DNA of 46,423 nucleotides from a virus. The stretch is taken from the UHGV virus genome UHGV-0336137, one strand, 5' to 3'. Positions 19,904-29,010 of this stretch are shown here, piece by piece. Under the pieces are notes generated by a model. The model did no database searches, was not told the DNA's origin, and saw nothing but the letters and a program-made list of their open reading frames with translations. Numbering within the stretch: position 1 is the first letter of the stretch; the number at the start of each line of letters is the position of its first letter. The translations under genes were made by a program, and so were the position numbers.

Positions 19904-20550
19904 GCAAGGCAAACCACAGCATCGCCAAAGCTCTGAAAATGGCATCACGACAGACAGCATTCGAAAGCGCGCGCGAAGAAATATTGGCTGACCTGCAGCT
20001 TGCTGAACTGGCGCTGTCCGCAATGGACAGCGAGCCGGTGGCAGAAGTGGTTTCAATTTATGGTGACCACGAAGATTTTGGGGAGCGAGAGATTAGACCG
20101 CTTGTCGGCATTCAGCAAATGCCATACGGGACGAAGCTATATCGTCACGCGCAGCCAGCACCGGTATCTCCGGAGGAAATGACACCAGAGCAGGCATATG
20201 AAATAGGTGATTACCACGGAGACCCGGTAGACGTGTTTGCACGTGGAGCTAACTGGATGCGCCAGTATATCATCGACTCCACGTTAGCAGCTGGCCAGCA
20301 GTCACCCGTCATCGAGCCGGCCACCGTGCCGGGCAAATGGATTCCGGTAAGCGAGCGGATGCCATTGACCCCTTCTGCTGATTGCGAATACAGCGACATT
20401 GAAGTGAATGTATTTGATGGAGAACGCGTATTCACTGCTCACTACGCAACTGGTTCGCAGCCTCAACCTTGGGGTTACTGGGTAGATACATACGCAAAGA
20501 TAACCCACTGGCAACCTCTGCCATCAGCTCCGCAGGAGGATAAACCATGA
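19900..20550 (+). CDS. DUF551-domain protein
   Basis: 216 aa; C-terminal ..GKWIPVSERMP...KITHWQPLPSAPQ.. matches the DUF551 signature common in enterobacterial phage early genes. Confidence 0.5.
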   Translation: MSKANHSIAKALKMASRQTAFESAREEILADLQLAELALSAMDSEPVAEVVSIYGDHEDFGEREIRPLVGIQQMPYGTKLYRHAQPAPVSPEEMTPEQAYEIGDYHGDPVDVFARGANWMRQYIIDSTLAAGQQSPVIEPATVPGKWIPVSERMPLTPSADCEYSDIEVNVFDGERVFTAHYATGSQPQPWGYWVDTYAKITHWQPLPSAPQEDKP

Positions 20551-20642
20551 AACCATACATCATCCGCAGGCTAATTGCAGTATCACTGCTGGCATTCTGA
20601 ATTGCCGTTGCACTGGCTATATACTTTATCGTGAGGTGAATC

Positions 20643-20801
20643 ATGTTGTGGAGCGACATTCAGGCGGCGTGCGAAGAGGCTGATTTTCTTTATGAGGAGA
20701 CTGGTAAGCATCATGCAGTCATTCAGGTTGGCAGCATGATGATGGTGGTTGAGCATAACGGCATGCTTCGGCATATGTACTCAACGACGAGGTATCAGTA
20801 A
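20643..20801 (+). CDS. hypothetical small protein (52 aa)
   Basis: GAGGTGA RBS 4 nt upstream; below the ORF-track size cutoff. Confidence 0.3.
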   Translation: MLWSDIQAACEEADFLYEETGKHHAVIQVGSMMMVVEHNGMLRHMYSTTRYQ

Positions 20802-20974
20802 TGCCGCAAAAATCAAAGCAGGAGGTGTGGAAGGAGGCTCAGCTCGAAGGCGTCGACCACTTCATAGCAGCAATCGCAAAAGTCTTTCCTGATGCGATTG
20901 AGGTGGTTCACGTTCAAAGCAATAACTGTAATGTTTGGTGTTATGCGAAAACTGATGTACAATCATCTCATTAA
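20801..20974 (+). CDS. hypothetical small protein (57 aa)
   Basis: TAATG-coupled to the previous ORF; followed by a terminator. Confidence 0.3.
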   Translation: MPQKSKQEVWKEAQLEGVDHFIAAIAKVFPDAIEVVHVQSNNCNVWCYAKTDVQSSH

Positions 20975-20993
20975 TCATCACCCACCACCCTTT

Positions 20994-21019
20994 AACCCGC
21001 CTTGTGCGGGTTCTTTTTT
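20994..21019 (+). terminator. rho-independent terminator
   Basis: AACCCGC-CTTGT-GCGGGTT followed by CTTTTTTA. Confidence 0.6.
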
Positions 21020-21066
21020 ATCTGTGCTAAACTAACCATATCGAAATACGAGAAGACGAAAACGAC

Positions 21067-21510
21067 ATGGCAAATCCAAACCCTGTTATGAAATTTTCCT
21101 CTGAGTACCAGCCTGCTGGAAGAGGATTAAGCTACAGAAACAGGCTTATTGAAGCATTAAAGCGCTGCGGGCTTGGAGAAGAGGAGTTCCTTGACGCATT
21201 CATCAGGACGTCAATCAGGATGACGGAGGAAAACCCGACTCAGGGTGTGCAAATGTTGAAGGAGATATTCCTGCGCATCAGTCCTGTACAAAAAAGTATG
21301 GCACCTCCGGTTAATTTTAAATACCGCAAGGATGCCACTCCAGTTGAGCAGATAGAGGATGTCATTCAATCCGTTTCCAGTGGAGAGCTCCCAATCGATG
21401 TGGCGTCGCAGGTTGTATCTATGATTAAGGTTGGTCTTGACGTGAAAGAGTTAACCGAACTCGCCGCACGCCTTGAGCGACTGGAGAAATTACTGGAGCA
21501 GCAACAGTAA
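21067..21510 (+). CDS. putative terminase small subunit (position-based)
   Basis: 147 aa, directly upstream of the terminase large subunit; preceded by a TGCTAAACT extended -10-like box; no motif recognised. Confidence 0.4.
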   Translation: MANPNPVMKFSSEYQPAGRGLSYRNRLIEALKRCGLGEEEFLDAFIRTSIRMTEENPTQGVQMLKEIFLRISPVQKSMAPPVNFKYRKDATPVEQIEDVIQSVSSGELPIDVASQVVSMIKVGLDVKELTELAARLERLEKLLEQQQ

Positions 21511-21613
21511 CTGATTTATAATAATTAATGCGGCAAAGGGTAGCTCCCTGCCCGGATTGGTCTCCGGGCTGCTGCATCCAATCAATAGACCGCCTGTAAC
21601 CGAGGATTCAAGA

Positions 21614-22126
21614 ATGCCATCATTAAAAGAGCTCGCTCTCACTCAGGAAAGACTTAAGCATCTACTGCATTACAATCCAGATACTGGTGTTTTCACATGG
21701 GTTCAGCGCGCCTCAAAAAGCGTAAGAGTTGGTAATTCAGCGGGCAGTAAGAATAAGTCAGGCTATATAGATATACGCATCGATAAGTCTTTACACAAAG
21801 CTCATCGGCTTGCGTGGCTTTACATTTATGGTGTGTGGCCCAATGGGAAAATAGATCACATCAATAACGTGAAGACAGATAACAGAATCTGCAACCTGAG
21901 AGAAGCAAGTAATAATGAAAACGGATGGAATGTTGGTAAACCATCGACAAATACGTCAGGAGTAAAAGGTGTGAGTTGGGATGCAGAGAAAAATAAATGG
22001 AAGGCGCATTGCAGGGTTTTTGGGAAAAAATATACGGTAGGTAGGTCTTCGTCAAAAGAAGATGCTGAGAGAGCTGTGGCGGAGTTCAGAAATAAACATC
22101 ACGGGGAGTTTTGTAATCATGGCTAG
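21614..22126 (+). CDS. HNH homing endonuclease with C-terminal AP2 domain
   Basis: start moved to ATG with GAGGA RBS (ORF-track start is TTG); ..HKAHRLAWLYIYGVWPNGKIDHINNVKTDNRICNLREASNNEN.. HNH_3 motif; ..GVKGVSWDAEKNKWKAHCRVFGKKYTVG.. AP2 motif; inserted between terminase subunits. Confidence 0.7.
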   Translation: MPSLKELALTQERLKHLLHYNPDTGVFTWVQRASKSVRVGNSAGSKNKSGYIDIRIDKSLHKAHRLAWLYIYGVWPNGKIDHINNVKTDNRICNLREASNNENGWNVGKPSTNTSGVKGVSWDAEKNKWKAHCRVFGKKYTVGRSSSKEDAERAVAEFRNKHHGEFCNHG

Positions 22127-23543
22127 AAAAAGACTCTCAAGTGTGGCAATCGAAAAACTTGAACAGGTAGTTGGCAACTCAACTGCAAAGCCAGAATCAG
22201 CAGTTTTTGGGCTTGTAGATAACTTACTCCAGGATGGCGCTCCAAATGTCGTAAAGCGCCTTAAGATGACAGCCACCGGAGTATCTGAAACTGATGAAGA
22301 GCCAACAATATTAATTCCTGAGCGGATGGAGCTACTACTTTATCCTCGCCGCTTTAAAGTGTTCTATGGTGGCAGGGGGTCAGCAAAATCGAGGTCGTGT
22401 ATATCCTACCTTATCGAAAAAGCAAGATTCCGCAACAGTCGCGTTGGTTGTTTCCGTGAGATACAGAACTCGATCAAAGAGTCAAGCTATGCCGAGCTGG
22501 TCGATGAGATAAGCAGGAAGGGGCACACTCAGGAATACCGTTGCGTTGATGGTGAGATAACCCACCATTCAACGAGGTCAAAGTTTGTTTTTCGTGGTCT
22601 TTGGCGAAACATAACCGCCATCAAAGGTATGGCTGGCCTTACTGATGTGTTCTGTGAAGAATCCGAAAATATCAGTCAGGTGTCATGGGATACATTAATC
22701 CCGACAGTCCGCGCTGCTGGTTCTGAAATTATTATTGTTTTTAACCCGAACAAAGAGACGGACCCGACATGGACTAACTTTGTTGAGCCTTACATCGACA
22801 AGATGGTAGATGGCATATATCAGGATGATGACATCGTTGTTGTCAATGTTAACTACGTCCACAACCCGTGGTTCACTGAAGAACTGAAGCAGCACATGAA
22901 CCAGATGAAGGCGGTAGATTATGACCGCTATCTATGGGTTTATGAGGGGTTGTTTAACAGGCGATCAGATGAGGCCGTACTTGGTGGTAAGTGGCAGACT
23001 CTTGATTTCGAGCCATCGCCAGATTGGGGCGGGCCTTACTATGGTATTGATTTTGGTTTCTCGCAGGATGCTACGGCAGCAACTGAATCTTATGTCGAGG
23101 ATTTGGGCGGCGGAAGAAGAAACCTGTATATCTACCGCGACTTTGCAAAGGTTGGTCTTGAGATAACTGATACGCCAGAGGCTATGCGACTGGCATTCCC
23201 CGGCTCCGAAAAATACAGATGGTATGGTGACTGCGCAAGGCCAGAAACAATAAGCCATATAAAGCGCTCAGGTTTTGATATCCACCCGTGCGCAAAGTGG
23301 CCTGGAAGCATTGAGGACGGAATTACATGGCTCAGGGGTTGTGACAGGATTTTTGTTCACGAAAGATGTAAGACTGTCATTGAGGAGTTTACTCTTTACA
23401 GCTACAAAGTGGACAAGCTCACGGGAAATATACTTCCTGATATCATCGACAAGCACAACCACGCCACAGATAGTTTGCGCTATGGCCTTGGCGATCACAT
23501 CGTACAGCGCGGCTCTGGATGGATTAGAAGGAGCAGGAGATAA
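22119..23543 (+). CDS. terminase large subunit
   Basis: start MARKRLSS overlaps the HNH stop by 8 nt; Walker A YGGRGSAKS; C-terminal acidic nuclease-domain residues; about 475 aa. Confidence 0.8.
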   Translation: MARKRLSSVAIEKLEQVVGNSTAKPESAVFGLVDNLLQDGAPNVVKRLKMTATGVSETDEEPTILIPERMELLLYPRRFKVFYGGRGSAKSRSCISYLIEKARFRNSRVGCFREIQNSIKESSYAELVDEISRKGHTQEYRCVDGEITHHSTRSKFVFRGLWRNITAIKGMAGLTDVFCEESENISQVSWDTLIPTVRAAGSEIIIVFNPNKETDPTWTNFVEPYIDKMVDGIYQDDDIVVVNVNYVHNPWFTEELKQHMNQMKAVDYDRYLWVYEGLFNRRSDEAVLGGKWQTLDFEPSPDWGGPYYGIDFGFSQDATAATESYVEDLGGGRRNLYIYRDFAKVGLEITDTPEAMRLAFPGSEKYRWYGDCARPETISHIKRSGFDIHPCAKWPGSIEDGITWLRGCDRIFVHERCKTVIEEFTLYSYKVDKLTGNILPDIIDKHNHATDSLRYGLGDHIVQRGSGWIRRSRR

Positions 23544-23547
23544 GAAG

Positions 23548-23571
23548 GCTCCCTCATGAGAGGGAGCTTTA
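23548..23571. terminator. bidirectional rho-independent terminator
   Basis: GCTCCCTC-ATGA-GAGGGAGC then TTTAT, between convergent genes. Confidence 0.6.
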
Positions 23572-23763
23572 TCAGTGTGGTACTGAGTGTTCAGGTAATT
23601 GAGGTATTGGCATTTGACCTACTGGTGTTTTTTCACACCTAATACACTGGTAGCGCCAGTAGGGTTGCCCATCACGAAAACGATACCAGTCTTTTGTTTC
23701 TCCGCATCTTGTGCATGTGTAAAATCTATTTTTGTTGTCAGAAAAAACCATTTTACGTCCCAT
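23572..23763 (-). CDS. small zinc-ribbon protein
   Basis: CTRCGETKDW...YQCIRCEKT CxxC...CxxC; start placed at the internal ATG with RBS because the TTG at 23802 abuts the promoter element. Confidence 0.4.
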   Translation of the reverse strand: MGRKMVFSDNKNRFYTCTRCGETKDWYRFRDGQPYWRYQCIRCEKTPVGQMPIPQLPEHSVPH

Positions 23764-23804
23764 ATCCTTTCCCCTTATAGCCGCATTACCTCGCCACCTC
23801 AATG

Positions 23805-23840
23805 ATTACAATCTACATCAACCACGAATCCACGTCAACA
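23805..23840. promoter_or_regulatory. promoter element CAATCTACATCAACCACGAATCCACGTCAACA (reverse complement: TTGACG-17nt-TAGATT, leftward)
   Basis: member of the recurrent AATCTACGTCA family; near-duplicate of the site at 13205. Confidence 0.4.
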
Positions 23841-23851
23841 TTTATAATAAA

Positions 23852-24142
23852 TTATTTGTAAAGCCAGCAATGAATCCCTGCGTTGCGCATGGCGGCATAA
23901 ATCACGTCATTAGACACGACCGCAATCGCCACCCTTTCTGCATCAATCTGCTGGTGCGAAGCCATGATGTCATCATAGAATACATCGTTAGCATGCAGCC
24001 ATTCATACGCATGCTTTGCCCTCATGATAAGCACGTCATGCCCGGCAGAGTAGAGCGACTTAGCCAGCGCAACGTTGCCAGCAATGGCATTACCCTCAGC
24101 ATCGCGCAGCACGCCATCAAGCTCGAAAATGACACATTTCAT
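23852..24142 (-). CDS. hypothetical protein (96 aa)
   Basis: ATG with GGAGA RBS; N-terminal ..FELDGVL.. faintly HAD-like; no confident assignment. Confidence 0.4.
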   Translation of the reverse strand: MKCVIFELDGVLRDAEGNAIAGNVALAKSLYSAGHDVLIMRAKHAYEWLHANDVFYDDIMASHQQIDAERVAIAVVSNDVIYAAMRNAGIHCWLYK

Positions 24143-24159
24143 AAGATTTCTCCGAGAGG

Positions 24160-24215
24160 TTTCATTTTAATCTACGCCATGCTAGAATCTACGTCAAGGC
24201 GCATTGACATAACTA
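24160..24215. promoter_or_regulatory. divergent promoter region with two element copies (AATCTACGCCA about 24169, AATCTACGTCA about 24186) and a TTGACA box
   Basis: between genes 23852..24142 (-) and 24232..24471 (+). Confidence 0.4.
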
Positions 24216-24231
24216 CATCACCGGGGGCATC

Positions 24232-24471
24232 ATGAAGGCATACTCATCTTTTTCGTGGGAGCAGAAGGAAAAAATATACTCACTCGCAAGAGCTGGCGTG
24301 TCTGATGAAGCACTGTGCGAAAGGTACGATGTTGATGAGGCTATTCTTCTGCGCATGTATGATGAAGTGCTGTGTGAGTTGCAGCGGCGTCGTGGTTACA
24401 GCGGGCTGAAGACGATTAATGATTTCTTTCGGAATGTTGAGTTAAATAACGATGAGGGTGGTGATTTATGA
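24232..24471 (+). CDS. hypothetical protein (79 aa)
   Basis: ORF in accessory island; no homology recognised. Confidence 0.4.
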   Translation: MKAYSSFSWEQKEKIYSLARAGVSDEALCERYDVDEAILLRMYDEVLCELQRRRGYSGLKTINDFFRNVELNNDEGGDL

Positions 24472-24629
24472 TTATTGAAGAAACACATGAATGCAACGCA
24501 ATAACAGTTAAGGCGGATAGAAACGCAGATTTAAGGCAGTTTGGGGACTGGATTCAACTTGACAAACACCAGGCCGCGCAGCTTATCGAAGTCCTGCAAC
24601 GCTTGGTTTATGGCGAGGAGATTGAGTGA
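24468..24629 (+). CDS. hypothetical small protein (53 aa)
   Basis: ATGA start/stop overlap with the upstream gene; below ORF-track cutoff. Confidence 0.3.
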   Translation: MIIEETHECNAITVKADRNADLRQFGDWIQLDKHQAAQLIEVLQRLVYGEEIE

Positions 24630-24700
24630 TGAGAGTTTGCATGCGTCATTTTGCATGCCAAATTAATATTTGTAAATTGACTCCAGCCATTTATCAAATT

Positions 24701-25072
24701 TTATGCCTCAACCCAGTCGCCATCTTCGTTTTTAACGACCTCGACAAGGGTGTCGAACTGGCGTTTGCATTCTGCCGGGTCATCGCCCCAGGTTGGCATT
24801 TCAGCCAGCCAGTTTTTATCCGTGTCGACTGAACCGGTAAAGGGGTTCATCAGGAATTTTTCAGTAGTCATTTTGAGAGCCTCGTTAATTTCGCTTATGC
24901 GGGAATGAAGCACACGCTGCACATCCGCACCTATGGTTGATGGCAGTGCATACTTTCCTGTGACCCAGTGCCGGACCGTTCGGTCGCTGACGGAAAGTCT
25001 TTCCGCCATCTCGGTGACGAAGTGATTCCCGAACGCAGCCTTTCCAGCGGCGATAAAAGCTTCGATGTTCAT
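24701..25072 (-). CDS. helix-turn-helix DNA-binding protein
   Basis: HTH ..VTEMAERLSVSDRTVRHWVTGKYALPS..; start taken at the internal ATG (MNIEAF) with AAAGG RBS. Confidence 0.5.
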   Translation of the reverse strand: MNIEAFIAAGKAAFGNHFVTEMAERLSVSDRTVRHWVTGKYALPSTIGADVQRVLHSRISEINEALKMTTEKFLMNPFTGSVDTDKNWLAEMPTWGDDPAECKRQFDTLVEVVKNEDGDWVEA

Positions 25073-25073
25073 A

Positions 25074-25280
25074 TTACGCCTTTGCGAGATTCCAGGTTGA
25101 TTTAAGGGCGGCAGCAAAGAATTCACAAGCTTTACGACCCGCATTTTGGGGAAGAGATGCGAAGCCTTTTGCTTCTGCCCATGCTGCGCGCATGATTGCT
25201 GCTTTGTCGAATTTGCCGTTGACGATCAGCGTTGCTTTAGTGGCTGCCTGGTTTTTTTTGAAAGAGTTGAGAATGCGCAT
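25074..25280 (-). CDS. hypothetical protein (68 aa)
   Basis: ORF immediately upstream of, and same strand as, the HTH gene. Confidence 0.3.
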   Translation of the reverse strand: MRILNSFKKNQAATKATLIVNGKFDKAAIMRAAWAEAKGFASLPQNAGRKACEFFAAALKSTWNLAKA

Positions 25281-25548
25281 TTGGAATCACCTTTGTGATA
25301 TTGGCTGGGGCTTATCCCCTTGCCTATGTAAGTAATATACACATTCCGATAATCGGAAGCAAGGTTTTTATGAGATTTATATCGAAAGGTGGCAAAGATA
25401 TTCGGTCTTGCGTGTCACGAATTGGGGGAGTGCAGCACGGCGGGATACCAAGTGGTGTCATGTGTGACCTTGCTTCTCATCGCTAACAAGGCCATACATG
25501 AAGAGGTTCCTTTTTCGCATCAATATCACGCAGGCATGACCATGCTAT

Positions 25549-25577
25549 AATCCCATCACTACCGATGGGATTTTTTT
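25549..25577 (+). terminator. strong hairpin plus T-run (terminator/attenuator) overlapping an extended -10-like TGCTATAAT (25543-25551)
   Basis: AATCCCATC-ACTACC-GATGGGATT then TTTTTTT, 12 nt before the portal start. Confidence 0.45.
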
Positions 25578-25588
25578 ATGGTGACGAA

Positions 25589-26983
25589 ATGTCAAAGTTA
25601 GAGGCGGTGAACGCCTATATTCAGCAGCGAGTGGCGAACAATAACAGACTCATCGAGCGGCAGCGCCGGGAGTTTAGCGGGAAGAACCTTGACCAAAAGC
25701 ACGACAGGCTTTGGTCGGAGTGTGGTTACAGCCAGGAGATTACAGCAGCAGATTTCCGCTTTGCCTACGAGCGATATCCGTTAGCTACAGCGGCGGTTAA
25801 CCTTGTGCTCAATAAGTCGTGGCAAGGTATGCCCACCGTTCTTGAGCACAATGCTGATGACGAGGCAACATCCAAATGGGAAGTTTCGGTAAACAAAATC
25901 CTCAAGAAGTCAGCTCCATTTATCAAAGATGCTGATAAGCGCAACCTGATCAACCGCTACTCAGGCTTGCTGCTTCAGATAAATGATGGCGGCCAATGGA
26001 GTGATCCTGTTAATGTGACCAAAACAGGCAGAATTAAAGATGCGGCAATCGTTAGGCTAATCCCATGCTGGGAGGAGCAGTTGCGCGTTTCTCAGTGGCA
26101 AAATGACGAGTCAAAGGAGGACTACGGACAGCCTTTGATGTTCGAGTACCAGGAAAGCGCCGTTGATGATTTTGATAACGATGGTAAGCCAAAGCGATCG
26201 GTTAAAATCCACCCTGACCGCATTATTACTCTCGCAGAGGGTGGTTTCGATGGGAGCATATTCTCTGGCATTCCTCTGCTTCGAGCTGGATTTAACGCTT
26301 TAATAGACTGCGCCAAAATTACCGGAAGTTCAGCGGAAGGGCTTCTCAAAAACTCATCACGTCAATTATCTATATCCTTCAACAAAGATAATGTATCTGT
26401 GCAATCCCTTGCGCAGCAAATGGCCGTTACGGTAGAGGAGCTGCCAGATATCCTTAATGAAGATATAGAAAGAATAAATAGCGGGATTGACGCTGCGATG
26501 TTTGGGTTTGGCAATGATGTGGATGTGCTGTCAGTAACCATGAACGACCCTGAACCGTTCATGTACGTAGCGGCCAGCCAATTTGCTTCATCCGTAAATA
26601 TTCCTCTTAACTCATTGCTCGGTAGTCGCAGCGGCGTACTTGCGTCCGCAAATGATGAGCAGTCACTTGCCATGATGGCAATGCAGCGTCGTGACGGGTG
26701 GCTCGATTATCTTATTTCTGTGTTCGTCGAGCGTTTAATTAAATTCGGCATCATCGACAAAGCGCCAGAGGCCGGATATTACTGCAAGTGGAATGACTTG
26801 CTGGAGCCTACGCAGAACGACAAGGCAGAATTGATTGTCAAGCTGGCGCAAGCTGCGCAGAGCGCTGCGAATGCAGGTTTGGACCCAATCCTGACGGCAG
26901 ATGAAATTCGCTCATTCCTTGGCCTTGATCCAATAAAATTACCAGGCGGCATGAGTGAGGATGACCCATCACAAGAGGAGTGA
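25589..26983 (+). CDS. portal protein (putative)
   Basis: about 465 aa directly upstream of a MuF-like gene; start moved to MSKLEAV (GGTGA RBS); size/position and acidic C-terminus fit portal; no motif-level proof. Confidence 0.55.
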   Translation: MSKLEAVNAYIQQRVANNNRLIERQRREFSGKNLDQKHDRLWSECGYSQEITAADFRFAYERYPLATAAVNLVLNKSWQGMPTVLEHNADDEATSKWEVSVNKILKKSAPFIKDADKRNLINRYSGLLLQINDGGQWSDPVNVTKTGRIKDAAIVRLIPCWEEQLRVSQWQNDESKEDYGQPLMFEYQESAVDDFDNDGKPKRSVKIHPDRIITLAEGGFDGSIFSGIPLLRAGFNALIDCAKITGSSAEGLLKNSSRQLSISFNKDNVSVQSLAQQMAVTVEELPDILNEDIERINSGIDAAMFGFGNDVDVLSVTMNDPEPFMYVAASQFASSVNIPLNSLLGSRSGVLASANDEQSLAMMAMQRRDGWLDYLISVFVERLIKFGIIDKAPEAGYYCKWNDLLEPTQNDKAELIVKLAQAAQSAANAGLDPILTADEIRSFLGLDPIKLPGGMSEDDPSQEE

Positions 26984-27077
26984 TGATATAATAAATGTGC
27001 AGCTAGGGGGCGCCCGAAAAGATGAACGTAGACATCCTGCTGCATCCTCAGTCTACGAACCTACTACGAGGTTAATC

Positions 27078-27983
27078 ATGGCAAAAAGACTCACCACGGA
27101 AGACTTCATTTCTCGCGCCAGGCAAAAACATGGCGATAAATACATTTATGATAAGTCTGTGTTTTCTGGAACGAAAAAACAAGTAACGATAACCTGCAAA
27201 AAACATGGCGATTTTACTCAAAAAGCGGAATGCCATCTTGCTGGTTACGGCTGCGAACTTTGCGCCAGAGATGTTCGGGCAAGAAAGTTAATGACATCAA
27301 ATGATGAATTTATCTCTAAAGCTAAAATGGTTCATGGTGATAAATACTCATATGACAAGTGCATATACTCAGGAAATCACAGGAAGGTGTTGGTAACATG
27401 TCAAAAGCATGGTGACTTTTCACAACAACCGGCAAACCATCTATCAGGAAATGGCTGTCCATCATGCAAACTTGAGCTCCTGTCTGAAAAGTTCAGCGAT
27501 AATAAAGCCTCATTCATAACAAAAGCAAGAGCAATTCACGGAAGAAGATACTCATACGAGAAAGTTAATTACATGAAAAGTTCAATAAAAGTGTGTATTA
27601 CGTGTCATATCCATGGCGATTTCTATCAGACACCTAACTCGCACTTGTGGGGGGCCGGTTGCAATAAATGCACAGCTTATGGGTTTAAACCTGCAAGTGT
27701 ATATGTGGCTGAAATGGATGGGGCGTGCAAGATAGGTGTAAGCAACAACACTGAAAGAAGAATGAAAAGCATATCAAAATCAGCAGGGAAAACTGTCGCT
27801 GTGGTTGCTGAGTACTCATTCCCATCATGGGCTGACGCGAGAAAGGCTGAATCAATGATACACAAAGAAATAAAACATAAAAATGCAGGGTTAACCGGAT
27901 TTGATGGGTCGAGAGAATTTTTCAATATATCAACCCATGAGGCGGCAGAATTGGTTTTAAAGCATGGAGGAAGAGTGAAATGA
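27078..27983 (+). CDS. T5orf172 (GIY-YIG-related) domain protein with four tandem zinc-binding modules; homing-endonuclease-like
   Basis: four repeats of about 60 aa (..KHGDKY.YDK..Y.G....V...C.KHGDF.Q....HL.G.GC..C); C-terminal ..VYVAEMDGACKIGVSNNTERRMKSISK.. T5orf172-type motif; inserted between portal and MuF-like genes. Confidence 0.55.
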   Translation: MAKRLTTEDFISRARQKHGDKYIYDKSVFSGTKKQVTITCKKHGDFTQKAECHLAGYGCELCARDVRARKLMTSNDEFISKAKMVHGDKYSYDKCIYSGNHRKVLVTCQKHGDFSQQPANHLSGNGCPSCKLELLSEKFSDNKASFITKARAIHGRRYSYEKVNYMKSSIKVCITCHIHGDFYQTPNSHLWGAGCNKCTAYGFKPASVYVAEMDGACKIGVSNNTERRMKSISKSAGKTVAVVAEYSFPSWADARKAESMIHKEIKHKNAGLTGFDGSREFFNISTHEAAELVLKHGGRVK

Positions 27984-28927
27984 AAATCCTCAGACTTAAC
28001 GCCCGCCTGCCACAGCCAAGGGTGTCGCAAAGCCTGACTGACCCGTTAGGATCAGCGCCACGGCTTAATAAGATGGATAAGGATATCGCCTCCAGATACA
28101 AACGCATTCGCGCGGCTCTTCTTGAGCTGTTCCGCAGCATTCCAGTAAGCGAAAGGAATGCTGAATCAAGTGGTAATTATTATTATGATTTCAGCGCCTC
28201 GCGTGCTGCGTCGTTCATGGATGAACTGCAACGCCTGCTTGACCAGTTTTTGCTTGAGGGCGATACATTCGACCATGGGCAGATGTGGGCCAATATTCAT
28301 ATTGGCGACGCATGGGCCGCCGGAACTCAAAAAGCAAACTCAGAACTGTCAAGCCTGTCAAGTCTCTACGCTGAACAGCGACCTATGGCAGCCATCCTGT
28401 ATAGCGAGCCATACCTTAACCGTCTGCAACTGGCGTACACTCAGGGGTACTCAGACTGGTCTGGGCTGAGTGACTACACCAGGCAGCAGGTTGCATCGGT
28501 TGTAATGGAGGGCATTGCCCGCGGTGCCAACCCTCGTGACATTGAAGACGATATCGTCAAGCGCGCCGACGTATCTCATAGTTACGCACGTTCTATCGCG
28601 CAGACCGAGATAACTGGCGTACTGCGTGAGTCAAATCGCAAGGAAGTGATTGAGGCACGCGAGACGCTTGGCATTGAAACCATTATGCTCTGGCAGTCGG
28701 CGCTGATGAAGACAACTCGCGTTACTCATGCCGCGCGTCATGGGAAATATTACACCCCGGAAGAGATTGATGAGTTCTACAGCGAAGGCGCAAACCGCAG
28801 GAATTGTCACTGCGCTCAGATACCTGCATTAGTGATGGATGGCAAGCCGGTGATACTTGAGAGGACGCAGGAAAAGCTCGATAAGCAGCGTGAAGCATGG
28901 CAGGATACACACAAGAAAGCCACCTGA
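27980..28927 (+). CDS. MuF-like minor head (head morphogenesis) protein
   Basis: 315 aa following the portal; ATGA overlap with upstream gene; typical SPP1 gp7/Mu F position. Confidence 0.55.
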   Translation: MKILRLNARLPQPRVSQSLTDPLGSAPRLNKMDKDIASRYKRIRAALLELFRSIPVSERNAESSGNYYYDFSASRAASFMDELQRLLDQFLLEGDTFDHGQMWANIHIGDAWAAGTQKANSELSSLSSLYAEQRPMAAILYSEPYLNRLQLAYTQGYSDWSGLSDYTRQQVASVVMEGIARGANPRDIEDDIVKRADVSHSYARSIAQTEITGVLRESNRKEVIEARETLGIETIMLWQSALMKTTRVTHAARHGKYYTPEEIDEFYSEGANRRNCHCAQIPALVMDGKPVILERTQEKLDKQREAWQDTHKKAT

Positions 28928-29010
28928 TGGCGGCTTTTTATTCTCATGGCGATTAATGAATCAGAAATATAACGCCAAGCAGCATTCCGAAAAGCACCCA
29001 TACATCCATC

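Noticed and set aside
25295-25486. 63-aa ORF 25295..25486 (GTG start)
   Set aside because: It has Gly/Ile-rich low-complexity translation and no RBS. The region more plausibly holds regulatory sequence (palindrome TTCCGATAATCGGAA, TGCTATAAT box, terminator hairpin).
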